Part shown: positions 1 through 13,000 of the stretch, in pieces | How the letters are laid out: each line of letters opens with the position of its first letter | Numbering within the stretch: the stretch's first letter is position 1 | Assembly: GCF_001949145.1 (NCBI RefSeq) | Contig: NW_019091359.1 | Coordinates: 2,580,861-2,644,860 of the forward strand | Direction: 5' to 3' | Source of the DNA: Acanthaster planci | Lineage: Eukaryota | DNA: 64,000 nucleotides | Position numbers and translations under genes: made by a program | The notes under the pieces: generated by a model | Seen by the model: only the letters and a program-made list of their open reading frames with translations | What the model was told of the DNA's origin: nothing | The model's database searches: none

Positions 1-317
1 ATTCAAATATTTGATTGTACCGGCCGATGGACTGTTGGGCATATCAGCTGCCTTAGTGTATGGATTTTTTCTCATTTAAAAAGGAAATTCTCATTTCTTG
101 TTTATGAATTTTGCACTCGAACATTCAAATTCAAAAATTATAATCAAATATTTGACAATCAATCAAAATATTCGAATATTCGGCACAGCCCTGCTTGGTC
201 CCTTAAATCAATATCTCAAATCTTTCCAAACCAGGGAACAAATAAAAAATTTAGAAACTTTTGTAATACAGATGGCTTCACATGGCTCATATTTCTTTTA
301 GTATTTTCAAAACTCAC

Positions 318-1881
318 CGATATTATTTGGTTGGCCTACACTGAAATGGTGATCAAAAGCCATATGATCAAACAAAGAGGCCCTGTTTCCCTCAAAATGC
401 TCCCGACAAAACAGGCAACCCCTGGAGAAAGTGGAATCTTCTCGTTCCTGCTGCTGGGTACTGAGAATCATGTCTAGTCTTTTCAGCTGGAGGTCCTCCC
501 TCAACTTCTTGTCTTCCGGTGTGAGGTCTGACAGGAGATAATACTGGGACTCTGGAAAATGCAACCAATAAATAATTCCAACTGGGAATAAATATGTTTC
601 TACAAAAAAAAGTCTGAGAATACCAGGATGGGACTGTCTGTCTACAGCGTGTTAACTTTGAGACCATTTATTTCAGCTGCAAACATTCTCTGTTATCACA
701 AGAGGTTCAATGAACGGGTGCTCCTAGACAAAGTTGGACAGGGGACGGGGAAGGGGGGAAAGATTGACTCCAGTGTTTGAAATCGCCTGTAGACTATGGA
801 GGAACACAGCTAAGACAAAACTGTCTCCCTGATATCTGTCATCTCATGGCTGGACACTAAGGGACAGTTTTCAAGATGTACGGGACTGGACTGGAGAGCT
901 GTGCTGTATCATTTTCTCTTAAGCCAACTGTTGCCTAGTTAGTGACAAACGTGATATTACCGTCCAAAACAACAGAGGAGGCATTCAACAATGTCCAACA
1001 CTGCCCTGTCCTGATTTCAGTAGAGTGTTTCAATGAAAACAGCAATGCTCAGAGTTTTGAGAGGGAAGGCTATCCAATTCCTCCATTAGAGACAAGGCTA
1101 TGAAATTCCCTGCTCTATAGTTCAGAACAATGGATCTTTGAAGATTTAGCATTATACTTTACAATGGAAGATACAACATGAGATTATCTTACCATTCCCT
1201 ATGCGCCAGGTTTGAGAATCTTGCTTGACCAAGGTGCAGAATTGCACGTAGGATTCCTGGCTGAACCTCATTCGCCAGTATTCAATGTATCTGTAAAAAA
1301 ATCAGAACAGTAAGACAAATGTAAAACTGAAATCTAAATTAAAAAAAAAAAAAACAGCAACGAACACATTAAAAAAAAAGGTCCATCAAGGTTTAGCCAT
1401 ACAGGCATTCGCTCAGAAACATTCCAGTTTAAACTTTCATTCCATTTCCTTTCTTATTTAGGGCCAAATTGGCAAAATATTTTCTTTCAAGCAACATACT
1501 AAAACTCATTACAACTCAGTACAAAGCTTAGTATTACCTGCATCATGTGCATGTATGATCAAGAATTTTTCTATTACAAGTTACAAAAATATTATCTCGC
1601 ATTGTTCAAGGTTTTCCAAAGTGACTGAAGTCTTTTCGTGTTATTTACCTTCTAAGATCACAAATGAGGTTGACATCAGCGATGCACAGACTGTGTGCAA
1701 CTTGAAGATGCTTCAGAAACTCTGACTCGTGCCTTTGAAGGTCAAAGGTCAATGAGCACAGTAGACAGCCTATGAATGAGTTGTTGGTTTCACTCTCTGC
1801 TGAGGTTGACTGTTTGCATTTAACTTCTGGGAAGGTGAGAGGTTCTAAAATTGGATGGGTAGCATTCTTCACTTTATCCAT
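318..1881 (-). CDS. ZNF277: Zinc finger protein 277-like, 5' coding exons (gene continues off the left edge)
   Basis: Three GT-AG, phase-consistent exons: 1894-1649 (ATG at 1881), 1290-1193 and 551-318. They translate to MDKVK..ILEPLTFPE..CLLC..FLKHLQVAHSLCIADVNLICDLRRYIEYWRMRF..YYLLSDLTPEDKKLREDLQLKRL..QQQERED..CLFCREHFEGNRASLFDHMAFDHHFSVGQPNNI. This matches the ZNF277 pattern I recall (ILEPL, IADV..RYI.YWR.RF, PED+.LRE.LQ, C.FC.E.F.GNR, HM...H.F.IG.P.NI). Confidence 0.9.
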
Positions 1882-2569
1882 TGTCTCTGTGAAGCTGTAA
1901 ATGTACATTTAGGATTGAAAGAGTGACAGTCATCATTATTGGAAACGAGCCATCAATCTGCACGACTGATTCCCTTTTCAAAAAGAAGTTTCCACAACTG
2001 CAAATTACAAAGTACACCTAGAAAGGGAATGCAAATTGGCAGACAGTTGAATTATCAGAAAATCATGCACTAAGATTGAAAGATGGTACAAAGATTGTGC
2101 GATTGACTGATTGCACCTACCATTATCGTTGGGATCTCAGAAAAGGTCTGACAGAAAAATAAAGAAAAAAATTAAAGAACTGCCACGGCTACAGTCAAGG
2201 CACTTAAGACTTTGGCCGTTAACTTCCACTGCGCCAAACTTGAGCAATAGAAACGGGAACGAGATCAGTCTGCAACAAATGATCTCAGAATTCATTTCCC
2301 TTGTAAAAATTCTCCGGGGTATAAATTCTATCCCCCCCGAAACAAATCGAAGAAAACTACACAAAGAAATTGATTTTAAAAATCTGATTGAAAAATATAA
2401 TTCAATTTAAATAAAATTTTTCAAAAATGTATGTTAGCCTAACTTGTGTAACTAAATTTGAGGCTTCTGTCCAGTTGATGTATTTGTCAATGTCCCAGCA
2501 GCCAGTAACACTGAATTGTGTAGTAAACATTGACATAGGGTGGTTTCTTATGGGACTGTTTAAAATTAC

Positions 2570-2815
2570 ATGTGCACCAACATGAGAAGAGGGACAGCCC
2601 TTCTCCAAAAACACAGATGGCTTACCCTTGAACAGCAAAGAAAATTTAGCAGATTAATTATGAAGATATCGGGCCCATTTGAGAGCCATGATCTAAAAAG
2701 TAACTTTAAAATGATGTCATTCCACTGTCGCTGGATCAGGTGATGTATGCAGAGTCCAGAAATGTGGTTCAATCAGGTCCCCGACCTGATAATGGATTGG
2801 AACAGTCTCCCACCT
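2570..2815 (+). mobile_element. Degraded 3' remnant of a non-LTR retrotransposon (LINE ORF2 tail)
   Basis: Translates in pieces to LLQKHRWLTLEQQRKFSRLIM and PDLIMDWNSLPP, resembling the W.L..RR...RL and (I)..WNSLP motifs at the end of CR1/L2-type ORF2. Confidence 0.45.
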
Positions 2816-3614
2816 AGACCAGAGCATGGAGGTAGAATCACAGTAACTACTGTTGGATCTAGTCAAAGTATCAGGGATTTTAAATTTGGGGACCCTGTTC
2901 CTACAATAGAAGGAAGAGCTACATTTTAACTTTTGAATTTACCTTAGCAGATGACTACGACATATCATGCTCAATAACTGTAGGGTTATTGTTGTCCAAA
3001 AGGGGCAGTGTTTTTAGTTTTGAGGGAAATTATAAGGGGAAACTTTGAGTGTATTAACACATCACACACGGGGGATTCAAATTTGCATGGCTGGTTTATT
3101 AGTAAGAGTAACGTTTAAAAGTCACGTAAAAGTAAACGTAAAGTAACGTTTTCTCACAATTTACAATTAGAAATTTCCAGAAAGTAGGGTCTGCCCAATT
3201 AAGAGAGTGTTGCCTTGTTTTTTTTTGGGGGGGGGGCCTGACGGGTTTTATAAAATAAAATGACAAAAAAAACTGGTTGGTCCCCAAGTATACATGTACA
3301 ATCCCCTCGAGTAACTTGGACTCCAAAAATCTCCATGTCCAAATGTTATAAAGGCGATAATAAAGTCCAAGCTACTCAGACTAAGTTGGATCGGGGAAAA
3401 CATTTCCCCATGACATGCATGACATGTTCACCTGCTCACTCAAAAGCATGACAATGACTCAGTCTCACAGTCACACTGACTCAATGACTGAGAGCGGAAC
3501 TTCATAAATTATTTAGTGGTTCCGACTAAGCCGTTGAAAACACGACCAAAAATGCCAGATCTACAAATGTACTTCTAGCACTATAACTTGTAATAAGGTT
3601 AACAAATAACTGAC

Positions 3615-3730
3615 CTGAGCGGCTTTACCACTGACCATGCACTGACCAAAGGCCTACACCTTTTCACCCAGAGAGGCCAGATCGGTCTGTTTTGATCATA
3701 AGGAGGCTGCCATGTTAGCCACGTTCAAGA
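3615..3730 (-). other. ZNF277: Candidate non-coding first exon of ZNF277
   Basis: The ATG-bearing exon begins at an acceptor (ttacag) at 1894, so an upstream exon is implied. A minus-strand donor CAG|GTCAGT ends at 3615, and a YY1-like AACATGGCAGC lies at 3716-3706. The TSS position is inferred. Confidence 0.45.
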
Positions 3731-4047
3731 ATGTACTCTCTACGATCAATCAAGTATACACAGATCTTAAATATATTTTCAACCAAACTCCGCGATACGA
3801 AATAGGAGAAAAGTAAGGCCGATAGTATTTTACACTTTTTCTGTTTCACGATTCAAATTACATTTGTCATGAAAGAGACGATAAAGTCTTGTTCAGATGT
3901 CAAAGTTCACCCAGTGTATTGTTAATGTGGCACACGTACGTACATTGTACATGTACAGTACATGACACACATACACAAGCTGCCCAGTTTTTGCAAGTTT
4001 ACTTCCGTTTTTCTTCATCGGAAGCTCATGGCGAAACTTGGGTTAAA
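3700..4047. promoter_or_regulatory. Bidirectional promoter between ZNF277 and DOCK3/4
   Basis: Divergent gene starts, local CpG dinucleotides, ETS-type ACTTCCG (4001-4007) and CGGAAG (about 4019), and outward-facing YY1-like ATGGC motifs at 3713(-) and 4028(+). Confidence 0.6.
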
Positions 4048-7000
4048 ATGTGGAAGCCAGTGACAGAAAATAAGGTGGCAGTTGGTGAGAAACTTTCTCT
4101 TCTTTTTGGTGATGCTGTCATAATGTTATTGACCATTTCATGGATTGTTTTAGGCGACGTGGGAGTGGCTTGTCTGCCCATGATCTGGCCAGCAGCAGTC
4201 GCAGACATGTAGCTGACGTGACACGGTTGAGTGGCATGGTTCAGCCGTGGCCTGAGCTCCAGTGGAGCGTTTTTTACATCTGGCAGTGTCTGGAAATATG
4301 TGATGTCGGCTTAAATGAGCATTTTACATGCCTTTATTAAACATGTTTAAGTTGTATACAATCATTTTTTTTGGTTTTTCTTCTCTTTGCTTTTGTTTAT
4401 TTGTTTTTTTTTTGTTTATTTTTGCCAGACCTCATTTTCAGGTCTGACCACTGCTGACATGTCCAAGTTGTCAGGTCTGTTTAACGTTATTATCCACCCA
4501 AATAAAAGTCAACAAGTTCCACTGGTTTACTGTCTGGGAACAACAGTAACAAAAACCCAAATGTGGACATGGTGGAATAGGTTTTACTTCAGAACTGAAG
4601 AAAAAAGTCATTTTTTGCTCAACTCTGGACAATTGGTATTCCTTGCTTTTAGCATCCTGTTTCTTAAGGAAGCAAAGTTAATTTTGACCCTGAGTGTTAA
4701 GTTCTTTAATCCTAAGTAACTTAACAAAGTTCTCTTTGAATAAATGTTGACAATATTTAAGTTAAAAACCCCCAATGTCCTTACCCATGTTTGGGATACT
4801 GGCAAGTCGGATTATGCCATTATGTTGTGCTGCACCTCGAGGCTGGTTACCAGACCCAGCTGTTAAGATTCATCAAGATTGGTCAAAATTGTCATCCATA
4901 TTCTGTAACCAGATTACATTCGCTAATTCGTCTTTGTTCACACACCTCATCGATACATCATGAATGTTGCCAGACTTTGCAAGACTACTGATTTGTGACG
5001 CACACCTGTAACACCATCAGCAGCATGGAAATTTTGTTCTCTTTGGGGGTCGGTTCTTGTTGAAGACATCTCACCTAATATGAGGTCTCCATGACTACGC
5101 AAAAGTGAGAGCTTTGAAAAACGATAGAGGGGAAGAAGAAACGGAGATTGAGGTGAAATCAGCCAGGTTCATGAGCACAGTGTGTGGTCTATGACCGTAT
5201 AATAAAAAATGAAACAATGTACATTTATGCCCGAATTATTTTGGTTTCTGAAGCAAATGGAACTTGCTGTCATGTACAAAAAAAATCACATTACATTTTG
5301 CACACATTTCATTTTTGACAAATGCATGTGACCCTACCATCATCCTGTAGTAAGTACTTGACTTTATGTAGGCCTAATTCTTCACTTTTATAAACAAGTT
5401 TTGAAGTACATGTACCAGTACAGTGTTCACACCCAACCATTTTCATGTAAACCTACATGTACATGTACCTTTTAATATTCATTCATGTTCAGAACTTCAT
5501 AACTAACAACAGATTTCTGGACTAAACCTACTGTTAGAGGACCATATGGTGGAAAAGAAACTTCTTAATTTTGAAACTTGTGCTTTTTACAAAAGTAAGA
5601 AAAGTGGGATTAATTTTGTACAATACATGACATGTATGTGTACATGGGTTGTGTATACTGGTACCGTCTTCATGGGGACCACCAATACAAGTGTCGAACA
5701 ATAATTATTGTAGGAACAAATTTTACTCTGAGGATAAATTTTTGCCTCCATAACTTGGTCCCAAATTTTCTAACAATGCAAACTCTCCCCTAAAGCAGTG
5801 GCCTTCCACATGCGGCATACATTTTATGCGTACTGTACAGTGTACACATTCTTGTATACATGTCAGATGTGAATTAGTGCATGTAATATGTAGTGGGTAC
5901 ATGCACCGTTATGTGCGGTACACTCTAGGCCATGAAAGACGTTATTTTGAATGCATTAACTGATTGTAACATTAACTGATGGTTTGATTTTAAACATAAA
6001 ACGACAGAGAAAAGGAAACGTGTCTTAACATTCATGTACAGTAGGATCATGTACAGTGTATGTTTGTTGGTTACAATACAAAAACCTCATATGACATACT
6101 GGTACATAAATTACAGGACTGTGAAGAGATTTCCATTGACTTTGAATGTACATGTATTGCCTCACAGATGCTGTTTTGTACTGGTATGTGTGCCGTGTAG
6201 TTTCATTTCCTGGTCGGACACTCAAATGTTGGACTTGAGAGGGAACAAAAAAGAATACCAGCATTGGAATTCACAGAGTCTCGCAAACCTTTTTGTTGCA
6301 GCGTTCTTGCTGCACCTGTGAACCAGGTTCCTCTTTTGTAGTACATTTGTGTACAGCGTTGGCACTGATGCTTCATGGTCAAAAGTTCATGTTTTACACA
6401 CCGTAGTTGGATGTACACATTACACGTAAAGGAATGTACATGTACATGTATAGTACATGTACATGTATATGGGCTCTACAATATACATTGTTCAACTATT
6501 ATACTGTACAACTAGTTTTCAAACCAATTGGCATTTCGCTGAGCTGCAGTTTCATTTTGGGTTCTAGAATAATTTTCAAATGTTAACGTTTGAAAACTGT
6601 CAAAGGCGATAACATCGTGCACCTAAAGCAGATACTGGAATACATGTACAATGTTGGCTGTATTTCATTTCATACATTTGTACTTTGTAGTCAGATTTTT
6701 CTCACTGGGTGTGTCTGTTTGCATTCTAATTTTATGATATAAGTGAAAACTAAAAGACTGACTTAATATTGCCATTGTCTTGATTGGTTTTTTTTCTGCT
6801 TCCACATTCCTTGAAGTAATTAATCCTATGAAATTGAGTGATGAAGTGGCAATCAGGAAGTTCAAATAAATGTATAATTATTTCATGTGATGGCTGGCAA
6901 GGATGGTACCACTTTCAAATGTCAAGAATTATACTTTGCTGGTCCCCTGTACTTTAAGGAAGCACGGGTCATTATTCGCACACTACATGTACTTACATTG

Positions 7001-10000
7001 TACGTGTATGTTCATGTAGTTAGTTACTAAGCCTGGTATAGCCACATTGTAAACCAAAATATGTAGTATAAAATTTATACAAACATGTTGGTGACTCTGC
7101 TTGCAATGTACATTGTGCATTGTGCATTGTAGTCAAAAGTGACTGAGAAAACTGTAGGCCACTTCAGGACTCTGTTTATTATCTGCATTTATTGGCGGAT
7201 GTGTTGCTCACAATGCCATCGTACTTGCCCTTGTGTGTATTTATGGACTACTTGAACACTTGAAAGTCATAAAAGAACTATCGAATGACACGTAATGAGA
7301 GATAATCCTCTGATTTAAAAAGCAGAAGGTCAGAGCATCGAAATAATTATGGAAAACAATTGTGTGCCAGTTCAGGTACATGTAGCTTTGGTGCTTCTTT
7401 GGGGTAAAAGTTTGTGAAGGCCAAAGTGCTGATTGCCGTCTTTGTCATTCAGAAGAACAAAGTGTGATTTCATGACACACCGTTACATGTGGGTCATTCC
7501 AGAAATTAGGCGTCCATTTTTTTGTGTCCCTGTCACATCTGACATATGATAGTTCAGAACACATTTGTTAATTTCTAAGAGTGATGAATTAATGTAAATT
7601 ACCTGCCAAACAAATAGTAATTGTTTGAAATCAAGTCCTGGTGATATTTCCACGTCAAATAACAAAGATCAGATGTAACAGGGACACAAAAATGTCACAC
7701 TTTTGCACCCCTAATTTCTGGAATTACCCATGGACACGTATATGCGCGGATGTACCAGGTGATAGGAACTACACATGTTAGATGTTGTGAGGACCAAAAA
7801 TGTTATGGGAACACATTTGTGTCTCCAGACATTCCTAACAAAAGAATGTGTCCCCTTAATGAAGGGTGGGCTTACTCAGGATGACCAAGTCTGATACGAA
7901 TGCAGGCATCATTATATATGCATGTGTATACATAACAAGATCTGGTTCCCTCATAACGTCGCAGTAAAAGTGCATTGCCACTTCAAAGTTAATTCAACAA
8001 CGACTGTGATTTTTGACCATTCTGGTAACAGGCCCCCTCACTTCCCCCAGTTTGTACATGTACAAACACTCTCATTTTTCTTGTATTGCACAAAAAAAAC
8101 TACATGTACATGTACCCGTGTGCAAGAAACGTGAAACACCTACGGCTTGGAGTACATGTACTTGTTTGCTGTGGCATGTTGTAAGTATGGTTTTAGGCAT
8201 GTTTGGGAAAGAAAATGAAACTAAAATTAAGGCACAGAGAAGGTATAAATGTAGGAGTTACAGAAATGATTTTTTACAGGGTGAAACTCTAGATGTCTAG
8301 ATGTTTTTGTTTCTGTTCAAATGCTACTTGCTTCAGTATCCTGGAACTTCCAAGCAGGAAATAGTGCTTGTGCAAAATGGTCACTTTCAGTGGGTTTGCC
8401 GTTTGCTAAATATGTGTGTGACACTCAGGTTGGCTGACAACATTGCTTCTGTTGACCAAAATCTTTCCTCTTGTCCGTTGAGCTCATCAGGAAAAAATAG
8501 TCACATGCACAACAGGGACGTGGAAGGCTTTATTTCATTATTTGTTGACATACAGTACATGAATGTGTGGTTTGTTGATCAAATGCGGGTACACTTCCCA
8601 CACCTGTACAAACTCAGTGAAAGAATTTTTTTTTTCAGAATGTTTGCATTTAAAGAGAAACATTTCCATGCACTCAGTAGCCTGGGTTCATTTACTCACA
8701 ACTTCCCTCTTGTTCATGTTCATATTGTATATGTTCATTTGTTTTACTTCATGTTTACTGATTTTGGCTCAGCAGCGGTAATCTAATACCGTACCGAAGT
8801 TTCTTTTATAATCCACGTCATGCATACATGTCACGTACATGTACATGTACATGTCATGCAAACAGTGTAGGCTTTATGTTGAGGATTTGGGATTGAAAGT
8901 GACTCAGTAAGGAATGTATATTTATAAATTCACATCAGTGGACAGTTCTTGACTTCCCCTGAGTTTCCGGTTGGCTTTTTTGTGCCAGCTCATCCATCAC
9001 TCAGCATGTAAGGTACATTAATACCAGTACATGTACATGTATGTTTGAACATAGAGTGTAGTCATTGTACTGGTACTTTCAAGTGGTACATGTATTAACT
9101 GATTTATTTTGTTAATAAATTAGGATTGCAAATCATCACGGATAAAATGTTTTCTTCTAATAACAGTCCATGCATAATTGCCAAAGGTATTCATTGCATT
9201 GGTAGACTTCTGTGTACATGTACATAAGCTTGTACTTGAAACTGCATGAAAATACATGTACAGTTAATGCCATGCCGGTACATCAGCAAATTATGCCGTG
9301 CTGTACACGATATACAGGTACTTGTATCATGTACATGTACATGTACATGTGCGCTGCTTCCACAGTGCACATAAAGTTTTCTTCTTTTTTTTTCCATAGC
9401 CTTGTGCACTGGACATGTACGGTACACTTACATAAATGATGTACATGTAGCTTATGTCATGAAAATTCATGCATTTGTAATAATAATAATAATGAAGTTT
9501 TAATGTACCAGCTTTGACAGCAACATGCTGTTAGAAGGCACAGTACAATTTAACATTCTTAGAAAACCACTTGTATTATACATATAAAATTACTAAATAC
9601 AGTACACAAAACAGGTCAAGTTAAAACAGCAGATTTACAAAGTCGTTATTATTGTGTATTTATTTACATATGCACTGCATGTTACATGTACGTAGTTCAT
9701 AAGAATGTAATTGAACAAGAACAAGGTTTATCCCAGGGGTATTATGCTTTCCTGTTGTCACTGGTGACATTGAAGAACCCCATACAATTAATCACGGCAA
9801 CTGTGTCAATATTGTACTGCATTTAAGTATTGTGGAGAAGTGTATACAGGTACCGGTGGATACTCGCTCAATGCGTGACTGAACCATGTGAAGCACCCAT
9901 ACAGGTACATGTGCATGTGAAATACCCATACAGGTACATGTGCATATAAAGTACCCATACAGGTACATGTACATGTACATATGTACATGTATTCCCTATC

Positions 10001-13000
10001 ATGTACAGTATTGTATAGTGTACATGCAGGTATTTTACAAATTACTCAGTAGGATTGAAGTCGTCCCCAAAAATCCAAACTTAAAACAGAAAGTGTGAAG
10101 GACACTGGTACATGTACATGTATCTATGTTTTCTGGGGGGAAAATTCCACCCTAAATGCATCAAGATGGTCAGTGCAAGTTGTGAACTTTCACTTGGAAG
10201 TTACATTGTAAACCTGCTGTGTGATTGTGAACTGTTGAAAGTGTCACAGTGTTACAGACTGAGTTTCCTGTGGAAATGTTGGGGGTTTATTTGACACTGT
10301 AGCATAAGGATTGGAAGTAAGCTACATGTAGTTTCACTTACCCATACAGTAATACAGTGTACCTGTCCTGGTACGTGATTATCTTGAATTCCATTGGGCT
10401 GTAGTGATTGCACATGCTTTCTCTTTGCATATTTGAAAAATGGACCATCTGTGACAGGCATTTGAAGCATTTTTAGAAACTCTGATACTTGGATTCCAGA
10501 ACCATCTGACAATTGTGATTCAGATTCCAATTTTCACCGACAAAAATAAATGTAAATATGGATAAAATGGTCTCTATTAGGGTGGAAGAGACATACATGT
10601 ACATGATGTATGTACAGTGGGTTATTGCTCATTAAAATCCACCCTGACCTTTAAAATTTAATCCCTGATTCATTCCATTTATCTAGTCCAAATTATTTTG
10701 AAATTCGAATTGTGTATGCCTTAAGAATCTTTTGTAGCAGAAAATGAGTCAAAAACGTAACGTCTGTATTCTGCTATTTTTGCAACTGTGACTGAATTGA
10801 ATCAAGCGCTACGTGTAGAAAGAGTCAATTCCTTTACAGAGGGGGAAATATGCAAGTCCTACTAGGACTGTGCCAATGGAATAGAAATTTTCAACAAGGC
10901 AAGAAGTCTTGTTCATCTCTGAAATCTTGCGAAATCGTGGCTGGAGATGCTCCTAGCTATGTGGGAAGCTGTTATATTGTACATGTTCTGGTACCGTACC
11001 ACGGTGGTCCAGATTCTGACTGTTATTTATTCTTCCTGCAATAGCATTACATGTAACACTTGTAGTCCGACTTGAGACCCCGAAAAAATGAAGTCCAGAA
11101 CAATTGCTGCTGTGAAGGCTTCATGTCAAGGTTTAATAAGTTGAACATATGGATACATGTCCATGCCACTGTGTGCGCACAAATCATGCATAGAGTACAT
11201 GTTCATGTTACAATGTTTGGGAGTGCACCTCAAGGCATGCTGTACATGTACATCTACATGCGATATGTCTACAGCTTTAGGTGTGTGTGAACCAATCAGT
11301 AGGCCTACAGACTAAGGACTGGGTGCATGGAATTACCGTAAGTTACCCCAAGATTTCCAAGAGAAGTTGAGCTAACGGAATGCATTCTATTTGGGATCCA
11401 GATTCTTGCTGTGTAAACACCCTCTTTTGGTGGATATGTTGCTTACATGTAGTGTACATGTAGATTGACGCTGTTGCATTCAGGTCGGAAATACATGTCA
11501 CACAGAAACGGTCCAGGCAGTGGACCACAACTACATGTATGGCCCATTATGATGAATAGGCATTTTGAGAGCAATGAATCCCAAGTGGGGCCGAGAGAGG
11601 GCGCAATTTTCCTACCAACAGAGGCTGCTGTGGTGGAAACCTCATTTTACTGGTTCACAAACGACTGTGACATGTATGTGTTATGGACGCATTGCTACCC
11701 AAATAAACTAAACCCTGCCCGCAATATGGCTCTTTTAAACCAATGACAGGGTGCTTCTACCCAAGGCGGAAAAATGCTTTATTTGGACATGCATATATTT
11801 AACTACACGTGCATGTACATGTACTTTTGCATTCCAAGATGATTATCACACGTAGAGAGACCTTGTACAATTATTGCAACATGTATTATTTAAAGTTGAT
11901 TTTCTTATATTTCTTGATGTTATGCCATCAGCCATCTGGACGTACCGTGCTGCCAGAGATGGAGAGCTATCCTTCAAAATTGGTGACACCGTCAACCTTC
12001 TGGAGTTCACTGAAGGTTTGTCAGATTGGCAGGATTATTCGTAAATTAATAAGTAATAAAATAGCGGGGTTTCAAGCAGAGTCTCATTTCCTGTTCTAAG
12101 ACTGCGAAATGGTGGAAAAAAGGCCCATTTGATCATTCATACATGTTGCTTTGGTTGGTTCCGTTGTACCAATGGCAATTTATTGTGGTAATATATGTTG
12201 CTCAGGGACACTCACTGCAGGCATCACTACCAGAATTTGCATCAGACTGTGATTAGAGCTCGTAGAAGATTGCTTGACAATGCATATCTAATTGTGAATC
12301 TGTTATATTCTCCTTTAATACAGGGTGGTACAGGGGCTGTGTTTCCACAGACAGGACGGTTACGGTAAGTTGGTTATTGATCGTCTATCAAACTTTATTT
12401 AAACGTTGTTATTCTACTGAAGAAAGATCATAATGAGTCATTTTTTAGTGCTTGATGTCATGAAATCCAGACTTTGTATTGCTTCAGGTATAGTGGTAAG
12501 ATTCAGCGATGGGAGTGGCCAGTTAGGGAGGGGGTTACAGTCAGTATGCTTGTAGCTCTGAGTCAATATTCCTCTATACTCTTGGGATTTCAGAGCTGCC
12601 ATGTTGATTCTTCACCAATTCTATCATGCTGAATTTGTCTTATATCTATTAGCCCCTCCCCTATTGAAAGCTCAGTGCCATGCAGAACTTGCATGGGATT
12701 TGCATTTTTAATGTTTCTGGAAAGTGCTTGGTTCACTTTTACCTATGGGTCATTGGTCCAGCTGCCCTAACAGTGATGGGCAGGCTGGCACAGACCTTTT
12801 TGCTGGAAGGGTTCATTTGGTCATGGGGGATCTTATTCAGGGGCCAAAAATAGATCTTGGCCGGAGATGCATGAGTCACGAAACGTTGTTTCCATTGCTC
12901 CACCCCTGCTGATCATCGAAAGCACCCTAGACCAAACAAGGCTCAGTTTGGTCATGAAAATGTCTTTTGAAAGGAAAACATTACTAAGTTCATGAGCATG

